Of a DNA stretch of 64,000 bases, positions 10,851 through 24,539 are shown in pieces (the first letter of the stretch is position 1; each line of letters starts with the position of its first letter). Under the pieces are notes generated by a model that worked only from the letters and a program-made list of their open reading frames with translations, made no database searches and was not told the DNA's origin. This stretch comes from Ramazzottius varieornatus (taxonomy: Eukaryota; Animalia; Tardigrada). The position numbers and the translations under genes were made by a program. The stretch covers positions 4,763,624 through 4,827,623 of the forward strand of contig BDGG01000001.1 of assembly GCA_001949185.1 (NCBI GenBank), written 5' to 3'.

Positions 10851-13800
10851 ATGGACGTGCAAGATAGTTTTGCCAAGAAGATCCGTGACCTGGAGAAGCG
10901 CATCGCGGCGGAGAATGCTGCGCGGCACGAGAGAAAGCCTAGCCTCACTCGAAAGGACAGCTTCAAACTCTCCCTGGATGTTACTCCTGTTCCCTCATCT
11001 CCCGAAGAGGTACGGACAGCTCTTACTCCGGCCATGCCGAAGACTACTCCCTTCGCTTTCGACTTGGCCAGCCCCTCCATGACTAGAAAGAAGCCCAAAC
11101 CTCGTAAGTACACTTCGTTATTTTCTCTTCAGATAACGCAGCCTTGTGATCTGCTCTGGTGGAGTTTGCTGCACTACATCACGTGGGGCGCGCCACTCAG
11201 AATGTCGTTCTGACCGCACATATTTCGTTTCATCAGATGGTTTCTGTGTGATTCTTGTACTGCAGACCTTCGTACAGCAGGGTTTTCAGGAATTTAAGAA
11301 GCATATATGTCGCTGTCTTTCAGTGATTATGAACCATTCAACGGTGGGACCCGCAATGGGACGAGCCATGACGCCCGACATCAACCTGGAGAATCTCCCC
11401 GAGCCATCCCTTTTGGGCTTTCGGGACTCCTTCCGTCTAACTCGACAGAAACGACTGGAGCTGGCTAGCTCCACCATGCCTCCTGGAGTATATACCAACG
11501 CCACACGCCTTTCTCAAGAGGACCACTTGTACGTGACTTTAACTTTTACTTTCAAATGTCTTTTAGGGTTTGTTGACAGACTGTGATATTTTGAATGTAA
11601 ACAAATCGATTTTCTAACAGAACTGAATATGAAGACAAGCTGGGCGAAATTATGAAGAAAACCAACATTATCACGTTACGGGGAGTGAAGTATGAATCGA
11701 CCACGGATGATCTGGAGAATATGGGGGAGCTGGGCCATGGAACGTGTGGAACTGTCGTGAAGATGCGCTTCAAGAAGACAGGCGACGTCTTGGCCGTAAA
11801 GGTAAGCTACCTCATCTTTCCTAACTTTAAAACGCGGCCTCCAGGTTCTTACGTAACAAAAGTTAGGTTCGGGGCTTGTTCTGGTAGATTATGCGGAAGT
11901 CAGGGAATCGAGAGGAAAACAAGCGAATTATCCGCGACTTGGATGTGGTGTTGAAAAGCCACGATTGCCCGACTATTGTCCGGTGCTTGGGATGTTTTGT
12001 TACTGATGTAAGTTATAGCTAAGAAGGAAACGAGTATTCTGTTGTTGTTTTTTGTTTCTGTAGGGCTGTAATATGACTACTCGTTCTTACTGTTTCTTCA
12101 GAGCGAGGTGTGGATTTGTATGGAGATGATGACAACATGCCTGGATAAGCTGCTGAAGCGTACCAAGACGCCCGTGCCTGAAAGGATCCTTGGCAAGATG
12201 ACAGTATCGGTAAGACTCACTGTCCTGTCCATTGAGATCTGTCTTTGACTGTACCGTTCTACCGGGAGTCGGGTCGGATTGTGGACATGGTTTCAGGTTG
12301 TAAAAGCGCTACATTATCTCAAGGAGAAACATGGTGTCATTCATCGTGATGTCAAACCGTCCAATATCTTAATGGATAACCAAGGTATGGCGTGGCAGCC
12401 CACATTGTGCGGTGAAATGTCGGTACTACCCGTACGAGTATGATCATGATCTTTCTTTCTTCCTTACAGGCAATTTTAAACTCTGTGATTTCGGGATTAG
12501 CGGGCGTCTGGTTGATTCCAAGGCTAAGACTCGCTGTGCCGGATGCGCAGCCTACATGGCGGTAAGTTCCCTTTAATCATATTATTTCACAAGCAAGCTT
12601 GTTTGATCATTATCATTGAAGTGGGAATGGACACTGATTGCCGCACTGATTTGTCTATTTCACTGTTCTGTCAGCTGTTTTGTCTTTCCCCGCGTGAATG
12701 TTCATTAATACCATCTTTCATGTTACTGCAGCCGGAGCGTATTGTTTGCCCGACGGATGCCAGTCGTCCGGATTACGATATTCGTGCCGACGTGTGGTCT
12801 CTCGGGGTTTCCCTGATTGAGCTGGCTACCTGCGAACTACCTTATAAAGGCTGTAAGACGGACTTTGAGGTTCTGACGAAGATCCTTGACGAGACTGCGC
12901 CGAGCTTGCCCTCTCACCAAGGCTTCTCCATGGACTTCTGCTCCTTCGTCAGAGACTGGTGGGTGAAATCACCCAGACTATCTTCACCGCTTCCGCATTT
13001 TCAGCAGTCCAGTAGCGGTGTGTTCTTTACAGTTTGATAAAAGATTACAAGCGACGACCGAAGTACCGCAAGCTTCTGGAACATCCTTTTGTGGTTCGCT
13101 ACGAGCTGCTGAAGGTGGATGTGGCCGCTTGGGTGAAAGAAGTTTACAAGCCGTTAGCGCCACTGCTGGCCCAGTGGGAAACACCTCCACCGAGTATTCC
13201 GTCCCTGATCCCAGGAGAGTTCTCGAACGGTAAGGCTACCGAATTGAGGAGCTCGCCGAACAAGTTGGACGAGATTGTCTTTGAGGTGGCGTAGGTTTCC
13301 AGTGTAACTGTCTAAAAGTGTGCGCCACTTGAAATGATGATCTGGTTGAGTTGTTTTGGTCAGCTGCCGTATGGCGTCTTGAACTTCGATTGGAACATTG
13401 TTTGAATGTCCTTCTTTACCTAGGCGACGAGCTACACAAACCTCGTATCCCGTCTCTGCCTAAGTCCGTGCCGCCTGTTCGGCGAAACTTCGCGCGTCCC
13501 GCTGTGGAGCCCACTGGTAACGGAACGGTGGAACTGGAAGTAGACGGTCCGGCAAAGCCGCTGACGAATGGGATGGACGGCGTGTCCACCTCCATGCCTA
13601 CAAGCACGCCGATAGCCGTCCCATCGACTCACCGAACGCCGGCCAGTGCCTTTAGCGGGCCCCGTTCCATGATCCAGCAGATGGCCGCTGGCTTGTCCAG
13701 TGCGTCGGCCGGTGTGCAGAAACCAGCCTGGCTTGTCAAACAGGCCGCGCGATCTCTTCTGCAGCGTCCCAATGCAGCGACACTGCCTCCAGCAAACGTT

Positions 13801-13863
13801 CCGGCCCTTCCTTCGAGTGCTCCCTTACCTCGAAAGCAATACGCGTTCAGAAACGCTGTCTAG
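10851..13863 (+). CDS. MAP2K7: Dual-specificity MAP kinase kinase 7 (MKK7/hemipterous). Exons 10851-11103, 11324-11528, 11621-11801, 11888-12007, 12102-12209, 12297-12384, 12470-12561, 12732-12958, 13033-13229, 13424-13863
   Basis: Motifs [62 protein letters not shown] and [14 protein letters not shown]-terminal coiled coil and D-site-like motifs ([25 protein letters not shown]). All splice phases are consistent. Confidence 0.96.
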
Positions 13864-14408
13864 GGTCTTTTTTGTCTTAGATCAAAACCTTCCCTTTGTT
13901 GTTTTAGAATGAGTTGTCTGTGTTTCTTTTCCTGATTCTCTATTGAAATCTTTACAGTACAGTTTTTATTATGTTTTACACTCATGTGAGTGATTTTTAT
14001 TTTTGACTTTTATTCTTGACATGTCTTATGTAATGACCCGTTGTACAAAGTGAAGCTGTCCCAAAGCGGGAGCTCGGCAAAAAAACTCGACAGAAACTCG
14101 ACAAAAAAACTCGAAGATTGTTTTTTTCAAGTGGCGCACGTACTTAGTGTTATTGGCTAAAACTGTGCGCCATTTATAATAACTATGGTCTACGTTTCGT
14201 CCGGCGGCCTTGTACACGATCAGATTTCTTACAGCCAGAAACTCCGAATGTCAAACCAGACATAGAAAATGACACGTCGTGGTTTAAAACTAAAACGATT
14301 CATCACCGACGATATATGAAGCTAACACTAGAAAAAGCAGTGCAAGAACAGAGCTGAAACACTATCATCGATGCACTATTTGGTAAAACCAGAACACAAT
14401 CATGCCAT

Positions 14409-16977
14409 TCAATGCAGCAAGAGTTCCAGACAACCTGAAACTTGACAAAGACCACAGAAAAACCAGAAAACAAGCTACGAAACTTGAGGCAAACTTGAAG
14501 AAACACGTTTGCTGCTGGTCACAATGTCGTTGAGAAGACTTTTGAGTTTGGGCGTGCAGTAGTTCAGAACGGACTGCAATCTTCGGTGCTCGAGCAGCAC
14601 CTGCTCGTAGCACAGCCGTTGCAACGAAGAATGAGGAAGGTTCTCCGCAGAGAGCGTGGGAACAGGACGCTTGAGCAAGGCGGTAGCTGTCTTGACTATC
14701 AGCATGTACGGAAGCTTCTCTTGCACTGGCGGTAAAGGTTTATCCAGACTGGGAAAGCCATTCGTTGATGAAGTTTCACCTGCAGGAGGAAATCACAAAA
14801 TAGATTCCGATCTCCATATTCAAAGAATAACATACCTGTTTGCCTGGAAGCGACGTAGCGAAGGAGCCGAAGTGTGCCTTGGGTAGGTTCTCCTTCCGGT
14901 TCGAACTCCGCCAGCAGAACGGTTCGACCATCCGCAACCTTGTGGACTATTCGGCTCAAGGATGACTCCTTGGACAACTCGGGCACGTCCTCATCAACCA
15001 AACTAACTTCTGAAGCACAAACACCAACCCTTAGCACTGCTGAGCAGACATCATGGAAGAACAATACAACAGGGTGCAATATGTAAATGGAGCGCCTACC
15101 GATGGGAATCTGCAAGGTACCTTCCTCCGGAGTTAAGAACCCGTGATTCAGGAAGCGTTCCTTGACCGACAACGCCGAGTAATTCATGAAGACCTGTAAG
15201 GATTCAGCATTAGAAACCCCACGCAGCCGCTACAACAATAGTACAAGAAGTCTTTCATTGAACCTTGTACCTCTTGGCCACTGTGTAATGACTGACCAGA
15301 TAGCAAGCGAAGTTCACAAAAAGCTGACGTTGGGCCATCCGCTGTCCTTGTTTCTACCACACCAAACTTGCTCTAACAGAAAAAAACAAAATCTGTGACC
15401 GAGTAAAAGGCTAATAACCAATGACAAACTAAGACACGGCAATTCCTCATTACTTACAGCATTTTGCTGATGGTTTAACATGTCGAGGAACGGGATAAGG
15501 GCGACCGTCGCGGAAGTTGTCCCGTTTGATAGCTGTCCTTCTGGGTTTAAAGGCAACGCGTTACCTCGCGTCATTACGATGTCCAGCGCCCACCTGCGAT
15601 AAACCATATCGATAAGACGAGTACAAATTGAACAGCTTTTCGGAACTGTCATGATCCAGAGAAAGACCTGTAATTCACCTGAATAAATTAAAGGTGAAGG
15701 CATCCGCAAACTTGTTTTTCTCGCTCTACAAAGGACATATTGGTAAATTGACAGGGTGCTCCACATGAAGATCAACAACTCAAACCTTAGAGAATTTGTC
15801 GCTTAGATCAATGGCGGCGACGCAGTTGATGTAGTGTTTGCAGACGCTGCAGAAGCGTCGTATGACATCGTCTGGAATTTCATAATCGATGAACAAACAT
15901 GATTTCCTTCGATAAAGCTCTACGCCGAATGCGGAAACCGAGAAGCAGGTGGAACTTACCAAAGTATAGAGAGCCTTGTAGTATCGCGACAGCTTCCGCG
16001 TCCAAGTGAAGAATTGTCTCATGCTTTATCGGCAGCGACTCTATGAAGCAAAACAGATACGATTACTTTATGGCTTTCGATGTGAGTACGCCAGCTCTCT
16101 GTGAGAACAAGGCTAACATACTGAGGTATGCTTTCCACCGTGATTTCTCTGTATTAGACGCCTCGGACATGAGAAATGCAGCCATCTTCAGATTGTCCGG
16201 CAGGGGAAATGCTGAGATGCATTGTCCTGAAAATGAGCAAAAGATACCGTGAATCTTTGGTCGACTTCAGAACAATCTACAGTAGGAGGAATTCCTAAAT
16301 ACCGATTACAAAATTGCTCCTGACGTCGGGACCGATGCAGCAGGTTAATGGGATTTTTACTAATGGCTCTTCGTCCTGCAAACAGAGCACTATTCAACTG
16401 TTATTGACATCATAGATTATAACAGGCTGAAGATGCGTACCATAACCAGAAACAAGAACAGAGCAAGCGTTTACCTACGTCGGCAGGAATTTCTTCCGTG
16501 ACACAGACACCATAGCCTCGTTCACCGGTACAGGCTATAGTCACCCGCGAAACGGCACTTCCGGCGGAAGTCGCGAGCCATTCCAACAACTGGCCGAAGT
16601 TATCCTCCCGGTTCCATGAAAGCACACCGTCGCCAACTAAAACAGAAAAGAAAGGAGCATGGTTTACCGTTGTACCTGTCAGTACCGGGCAACATTTTTG
16701 AGCTACCTCTTTCGATAGGAGACTTCTCGTTATCTCACCTTGTTGTGCGCGACACAAATCGTCGATCAGTCCAGTCAATCGCGCGTAAGGCGTCAAATCA
16801 ACATCCGAAAAAGACGATCCTTTGCCATCTGTCCGTCGGCTATAAAGCGACGCCTCTACGGCTTTAACCTCTGCACGAAAATTTTGGATCAAGTTAAAGA
16901 CGGAACAATCAGGCATTAACCAGCAAGCAGGACTTACGTTCCGATAAGCCAGCAACCTGGCGCCGAAGTACCTCCAT
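14409..16977 (-). CDS. SETD3: SETD3-like SET-domain methyltransferase (multi-exon; both ends approximate)
   Basis: Motifs FGQLLEWL, GERGYGV, RWALDIVMTRGNALP, ALIPFLDMLNH and VFMNYS..ERFLNHGF, followed by a helical C-terminal region. Start is MEVLRRQV at 16977. Confidence 0.75.
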
Positions 16978-17920
16978 ACTGCAAGGTTTCCTCCCTCATC
17001 ACACCACACCATCAAAGTTCGCAGGAATGTCAGTCCAAGTTTCCAAGAATCAGAACCACATCGTGCAAGGAAGATGTTGGGGAGAAGTGGGCCAAGAGAT
17101 GCAAAGGAAGTGAGTATCCACATCGCCGCTTTTGGTCATGTTGAAAGCTACTGTAAGTAGTACTGTTAAATCAACAATCAAATATCAACAATCAACAATC
17201 AAAGATAACTGAGCAGAAAGCGAACAAGGTGAACGAACAAGGCGGATTTCACTTGAACCAGCAAACTGTAGCACCGCAAGTTGTGCGGAGCGGTACGGGC
17301 CACGGCGATTGCCGTACATCGGCCTGTTCGGGTCGGTGCTCCCAGGAATAGAAATGAGGTTATTGCGACGCGAGACTCAGCGAGTTGCTTCACCATGAGT
17401 CGCTTACCCTGATGGAGCTTGTGGCATTCTAAACGTTGTTGTGGTTCCTTTCTCGAGGTCCAAACCTGTTTTCGAGTTTATCTGTGGTGACAGCTGGTCA
17501 CCCATTAGTCCGGTAGGCTTTAAGGTGGAAAGGAAGAAGGAGACAACAGTCCAGAGTTCTTCCAAGCGGAAATGGACGCATAGGTAAGCAGTGCAGGGTG
17601 ACCGCTCGGGACAACGTCTCAGCTGACTGTAACCATCCTGAGTAACCCCCGTGATCACGCGCCTGAAACTGGCTATTGTATCATTACAGACACCACGTGG
17701 TTGCTCCGTCTCGCTGTGCAGGTGATGAGTTCAGTTTAAATTTCAAGTTTTAACCTCATTCCCATCGTTCCGTCGGAAACGTACAAGCGTTTACTCTTCT
17801 GTGTCGGAGACTGTTCCAGCTGTTGAGGTTAGCGTTTTGTCCGAGCGTTCAAGCGGGCAGTTCTCGTCGGATTTTGTACTGAAATTCGAAGAAAAGTGGC
17901 TGAGGGTTCTGGGTTGAAGC

Positions 17921-20900
17921 ATGTCCAACTTTCTCCACGACAATGCTCCGCTGTTATCCTCGGGCTTTCGCATCAGCGTCCACAAGGAACAAGGCGGTCG
18001 ACATCATATGGAAGATGTCCCTGTGTTCGCCAGGAATAACTACGAAGGAATACCAGAAGGCGTCCAAGTAGAACCCTACGAATACATCGCCATCTTCGAC
18101 GGACATGGCGGAGATCAAGGTAACGTCTGCAATCTTAACTGCTAACCTCTGGCCCAATTTGTTCCACTTCCGATCCAGTCTCTGACACCCTCAGAATCGC
18201 GGAGCAGCTTCCAAAAAGTTTTTGTACGTTTAGAGATATGCAGATTGAGTGTGTCAGTCCGACTATTCATGCACACGTTAGATAACGCGAATGATTGTAA
18301 GCAAAGTGGATTGAATAACTCTTTTCCCTCTTACAGCCTCGGAATATGCCAGCAAGCATCTTCTACGGGACATCATCTCGCAGCCGGAATTCTGGTCGTC
18401 GGACGATGGAGAAGTCCAGGGTGCCATCCGCAAAGGTTTCATCGATTGCCACTACAACATGTGGAAAGCCTCCAAGGAATGGCCCCAGTCTTCCCCTGGC
18501 ATCATCTGCACAGCGGGTACCACAGCTTCCCTCGCCTTTATCCGTCGCGGAAAGGTCTACGTGGGGCACGTTGGAGACTCTGGCATCGCACTGGGCAAGA
18601 TGAATGAGTACCAGAACCACATTCGAGCCTCGAACGAGTCCGTCTTCAGCAACCGCAGTATCAACCTGCCTGCCACGAAGGCCGAGTCTCACTTCGAAGC
18701 CATGATGCTGACCAAGGACCACAAACCCGAAAGCGCCGAGGAAAAGGAAAGAATCGAAGCTCTAGGTAGAAGATGGCATCCGATCGGTCGTGGAGAGTTC
18801 AGATGACGTTCCGTTTTGCCTGTTTCCATGATATTTCTACGGAAATGTCCAGCTGGCTTAAGAGGGCGGTGCTCTGCACAGCCTTGTTAGCTCAACTTGG
18901 CCGCACTGGGCACCGCCCTGGTTGGCTTTTTTCGTAGGAAAATGGCAGCATCAAGTTGTCGAACTCGCAGGCTAATTCTTAGGTCCCAGAACTGGGTCTT
19001 TTATCTGTATTACCGGTGTAAATGAAGCTCGATACAGGAGTTATTTGTTTCCAGGTGGTGAAGTCAGGAATAAGAGTGGAGTGTATCGCGTCGTGTGGAA
19101 ACGACCCTTGATCAGTGCTCACGGACCTCTGAACGCTCTCCTTAATGGTCCCTCGGCACTTCTAGGAAATGCTGGGGAATTTGGGGGCTCGGATATGGTG
19201 GTTCCCGAAATGATGAGTGTTCCAGTTAACCCCGTGCCTTTCTTGGCGGTGGCTCGTTCTCTGGGTGACTTCTGGAGCTACGAGGAAGAGAAGAACGACT
19301 TTGTCGTTTCACCTGTGCCCGATGTCTCCATCCATTCTTTCACCTTGCCTAAACAGCGGTGTCTGATTGCTGGCTCTGATGGTCTGTGGAACGTCGTGAG
19401 ACCCGCGGAGTGCTTAGACATTGTCGAAGAGACCTACCGTTTGCAGGTAATAAGCCCTGTACAAATTCTGGTAAAATTACGGCAAGTCTTCGTATTGACT
19501 TTTAGGGTGTGACAATATCCACACCCTAGACAGCCTAATCGCTATAGCCACCGCTCGAACTGCCTAAAGAACTATCGTCACCGTCTTTTACTATCGTTTT
19601 CTTGAAATCCGAAAAGGGGAAAGCAAGCAGAATGCTGCGACAGAGAGACATCAAATCAGCCTTTCCAGCTATGAATTGGCCGGCTAGGCATACTACTGTA
19701 CCGAGACGGTTGCGGATGGTGGTGGCTACTGAGTACTGACTGGTCCACCGTGATAACTATGTCAGCTTTTCTGTTAGTAAGACCGTCAGAATCCTTCTTT
19801 CTCGTCTACGGGGACATGGCATGAACTTGAAGGTGTGCAGCCAGTGGCGCTGGGCATAATCATCACGGGACATGGTGTTCGCGGGCGACTCGCCTCTGAG
19901 AAGCTCGTTGGATGACTTTATTCGGCCCATGGGCTTTCTGAAGGCTCACAGCGTTCGCCAAATCCTCACCCTAAGCCGGCTGTTTTCTGGATAATGCTTG
20001 CACAGCTCTTCTGTGACTGTGAGACGATGATTATGCTCAGCGGTGGCTTCAGACTCTTAGGCGGTGAAGGCGCTGGAAGTAGCTTTTTAGGCGGTGTACA
20101 ATCACTTCCTGATTTTTAACGACATACAGCTCGAGGCGGCCAAGTGACTACCACCTATAAAATTAGAGCATCTTCGACCGGGTTTTCGCGCAACTTCGAA
20201 ACTGATTTTCTTTGGTCTAGAATTCTTTTTGCAACCTCCTAAAAATTAACTGGTTAGAAATCTGCCCAGTGGAAGTCGAAATTGGCGTAAAACCAGGCAT
20301 GGTGAACAGTGGAAACTGCAAACAACTTTCGTGGTTTTCGGTCTATTTCCAAAATTCATTTCTGAGTTTGCAGTTGACGGCATGCGGTGATCCTATTTAA
20401 AACAAATAGAATAAGAACCTGGCCACATGGAAAATTTTCGAAAGCACGAATCTACCGTTTGAGGCAAGAGCAACAATTTTTGCCGCAAAGGGGGATTTCC
20501 CGGCAAAATGGCCAAATTCAACAGTTTCAATTTTCTTGCCAAGTTGGTTTGGCTATTTCATGGTATTATTTGGTTTTATATTACAAGCTTGATAGTCTCA
20601 CGTGCGTTAAGATCAAGCTGGGGCTTCATAACCGAATACGGACTTTTAAAAGTAAGGTTTTGGTCAAGAAAAGGTATCTCCCCCACCGGAAGTCACGCCG
20701 ATCAACTTTCCCAGACTATTTCTTAACCGATGTGAATCCGCCTTATTTCAGTGGAAATAGCTTGAAAAATTCTTTGAGATGTGTGGAGCAGCGGACGATA
20801 AGACGTAAACTGATTTTTTCACAGCGCTTTGATCAAGTGGTAGTCACTTGGCCGCCTCAGGCTGTAATATATGTAGCGTGATGGGAAAAATGATGAAGCT

Positions 20901-22930
20901 CGATTTTTATCGGAATACTTTTGAACTTTATACTGTAGTCTCAAAACAATCAAACGCGCCTTTTGCCACAATACGCAGTTTTACGGACTGTCTGACGTCC
21001 GTTATTTGCAATTCTTCTACGTATTTTCGATATCAATGATAGAAAATCGGAGAGGATGGAATAACTTTTTGGCCGATTTCATCTGCCAGAATTCTTTTCA
21101 AGACATCCTTGCACCTCGTTCAACCTTAACTTTTCTTCCGAAATATTTTGTTTCTTGTCTAACATTCTGGAGTATTCATTGTAGGAGCTGTGGATGTGGC
21201 AGTGTCTAAGAGCCAAGAAGCCCGAGCTGATCGAAGCCTGTGACGTGAACGTGGCCGAGCTGCTAGTTCGCAAGGTCCTCAACCGCTGTCAGCTGCGCAA
21301 GATGCGGTCGGATAATGTAAGTATTATAATTTATTACCCGGCGCCGTCCCGCGAGAAGATTGAGCAGCTGATGAACGGTCACCATCCCGATGCGGCACTG
21401 TACCCGTGGCTGCAAGACAGCGACCAAGGCATCGCCCAGTACCGCCACTCGCTGATCCACCTCCAGAACATGATCTCCTGTATCGGCCAGAACAAGCCTT
21501 CCATGTCCTCGATGGAAATGTCCTTTCGCATTGACATGATTGGCTTCGCGCCGAGGATGAGGGTTAACCCACTGAGGGACCCTCCCAGAAGCTCGAGTTC
21601 GTTAAGGACTGGACTAAAAGGCAGTCTTAACGGGTCGAGCAACGGCTTCAACAGCGATAGCTCGCATGGTACGAACTACAATCTAAACAAAATCCCTAAA
21701 ATTTCAAAAATAAATGTTGGATGTTTCTATGAATTAAAGATGGGGGAGCTCGGTGAAAAGATTGGATACGGCGGTTCTTCCAAGTGGGCGCACACTTGCA
21801 GCCAGTAATACTGAAAATGCGCGCCACTTGGGAAGCTAGTCTTTTCAAGTGTGTTTGCAGAGCTCTCTAAATCGTAGCTTCCGCAAAAAAGCCAATATAA
21901 ATCAAGTAAAAATTGACCAAAATATGAGAACATAATTTCAATCCGATTTCGGGACATTATCTTGCAGATGACGAGCCGGAAGTGTTCAGGAACCGAGAAA
22001 GGTTGACCAACGGCATTCACGAAGATCGGCCTGTTCAGTGGAGCAAGAATGGTGAAAGCAGACCATTGAATGGGTCTTCGAGGTCGTCTGCTGAGCCGAG
22101 TCCTCGGCTGGAGATACTCGAAGTGGACTGGATCACTCCGCAGTGTGCAATGGTCCTGACCAAGGACGACGAGACAGTGCGCATACCGGCTTACGAGTTG
22201 CTAGGACTGGAGTCCGACGCGGCAGCTGGAACTGTGGCTGCTTTGAACGTGGACGATAACGGCATGTTGAAGATGAACCCACTCAGAAGGCGCACCACCG
22301 ATGTCCTTCTGAGCCAGAGGATCAAGTTCCTGAGAACCCATAGCAATAACGCCCTGTCGGAAGTCCAGGTAAGAACTCCCACTGTCTTATGGTGCCTTAG
22401 ATGCTAAAACCAATTCTCAATTCCGGAACTTGGTGTGAATTATGACAATAGAAACAGATAATCAGATGGGAGCTCGGCAGACAGCGTCGACTAGATTGCT
22501 ATCCCAAGTGGCGCAATTTTCCAGTTTTGTAAGCTGAAAGTATGCGGCACTTGGGAAGGCGATAATGTCGAGTTCGGTTGCCAAATCGAAATGAAATTGA
22601 AACTGAAATAAGGTATGTAAGGTTCGAGCAAATACAAGAAATTTAACACAGGAAAAATTTCAAATTCTGCAGGAACACGCGAGTGCGGTAATAACCAATG
22701 GTCAAAGCCAGAACGGTAGTGCCGTCAAGCGCATCAAGGTCTCAAGCTCCACCACCTCGGTCTCCTTGAGCTTCTTCCAAGAAACTGTTATAGAAAATGG
22801 CACAACAGCGGAGAATGCAGAGGAGGAAGAGTGGCAGCGTCCAGCCAGTTTCGTATCACTTCGCTCTTCCTGCAGTCTCCTCCAGCACCTGGCGGATGCT
22901 GCGTCACCCGCGCATCTTGAGAGATGGTAG
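17921..22930 (+). CDS. PPM1D: PP2C-family phosphatase PPM1D/Wip1. Exons approximately 17921-18119, 18337-18764, 19055-19447, 21186-21715, 21969-22368, 22673-22930 (C-terminus uncertain)
   Basis: Motifs QGGRHHMED, IFDGHGG, TAGTTASLAFIRRGKVYVGHVGDSG, LTKDHKPES, GGEVRNKSGVYRVVWKRP, PFLAVARSLGDFWSY, GSDGLWNV and MRSDN. Confidence 0.93.
18833..18941. repeat. Small hairpin/MITE in PPM1D intron 2
   Basis: AGGGCGGTGC (18863) pairs with GCACCGCCCT (18919). The outer arms TTTCTACGGAAA / TTTTCGTAGGAAA pair imperfectly. Confidence 0.55.
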
Positions 22931-23993
22931 AGCCCACAAGACTTCTGCTCAGCGAAGCGGACCAATCGCAATGGCAATCTCTTTTCTTCTTCTGGTAAAA
23001 AAATTAGCGGACGATTTTCGAACTGGATTTTGTTTCTAAGTTTGAACTTTATCTTTTCAGTGCACCTTCGATGATGACCGAAGGAACGAAAGACTGTACG
23101 AATCTATCCGATCTCCTCTTCGTTCCAGCTCATACCTCTCTTTTTCATCATGATCACCTGCTCATTATAGTCAGTACTTCGATGCTCTCCTCGCCCTCGA
23201 TCCTCGAACAGCTTTCGGTTTGTTCTTTGGAAATATTCTCTCTTGGTGATACCGTTTGACCTGATGCTTGTGCTACCTCTTTTGACCTCTCCCCTCGGGT
23301 CCCTCTAAATACTTTATTTATTTACGTCTGTCGCATAATCTTGTTCCTATCTGGCTGGTTAGGATCCACGGCCATGACGTGTTTTTTATCAAGCTGACAC
23401 GGGCCTCTCTTTTGTATTAGTTTTTTGCTGAGTTGCCTCATCTGCTCGTTACGGGTCTTTTAATGCCTTTGATGGCCATCAGCAGACTACCTCAGTGTCG
23501 AGCAGACAAAATAATCTTGTCATTTTTTACGCGTTTATAGCTGTCTTTTTGTTCCTTATCCTTCTCTTTTGATTTCCTTTCTTTTGCTAACGTCCCTTTT
23601 TGGCAGAGCAGCAGTGGTCATACGCCCCTTTTTGCGTAACTTATTTGTACCTTTGCATTTGTTGACTCTCTTTTGTACTTTGATTCATTTGCAGCTAGTA
23701 ACTTCTCAATATCAAACAATACTCCATCCAATAACAAGAGAATTTCCCTTTACAGAAAATCACTAGAGAAGGTTACACAGATTCGACAACCCGGCAAAAT
23801 TAGCGACAAAAGCATCGAAATCTAACAGGCATCTTCTTTGTCCCACGATCCGTCGAATCGGTCATCTCTCGGTTCTTGCGATTCATAGACAATTAGAGAT
23901 ATCGACCAAGATGTCGGGTAGAAAATTTCCCCACAGTTTAGGTACAGACACATGTCACTCGCAACATCAGCTCCACCAATTGGCAGGTGAGTT

Positions 23994-24451
23994 TCAAACC
24001 AATGTAAAGACAACCACCACTATAAATCCAAGGAGCGCGGTGGACATTATAAAGGAGACGACCGGTAGCAGTCCAGTCCCATGATTATAGACTGATCGAC
24101 CACCAGTTCCGCCTCCGGGGGGGGGGGGGGGACTTTGAGTCTTTGACTTCGCAGATATCTGGTCCGCCAGTACCCAGTTCAGTGCCAGCTGCTTCAGATA
24201 GGCGGGTGTTCTATAATTAATTACACGCATCCACGTTGCTGTGCTTTTGACCAGTCAGCATCCCCTTAAAATGAAAAATCTGACATTACTTACTCAGGCA
24301 ACTGTAATGAATTTTATGAATTCGTATTCCATGTGTAAGCAAAGCTCATATTCTAGCACCTCCGGGGTTTCACTATGCCAGTTTCCGTTTCTCGATCACA
24401 TGGATAACTCTTTCCACCCTTCACTTTACAGCCATATGATGGCCCATATCA
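23994..24451 (-). pseudogene. Decayed two-exon 3' end of a membrane- or GPI-anchored protein gene
   Basis: Strong donor GA|GTAAGT (24293) and acceptor TTATAG (24211) define an 83-nt intron. The last exon ends in a hydrophobic tail (LLPVVSFIMSTALLGFIVVVVFTLV). The upstream exon has two in-frame stops. Confidence 0.4.
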
Positions 24452-24539
24452 CTGTATTTGGAGCAAAACAGAAAACTGCGGGCAAGTTTAGTTCGACCGG
24501 AATATGATCATACAAGCCAAAATACTTTTGTTCACACTA

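Noticed and set aside
19503-19528. TAGGGTGTG-N8-CACACCCTA mini-hairpin
   Set aside because: It resembles hAT ends but has no TSD and only one copy was seen, so it is too short to call.
20387-20881. 164-aa ORF in PPM1D intron 3
   Set aside because: No ATG start or domain, and the composition looks non-coding. Probably repeat-derived intron sequence.
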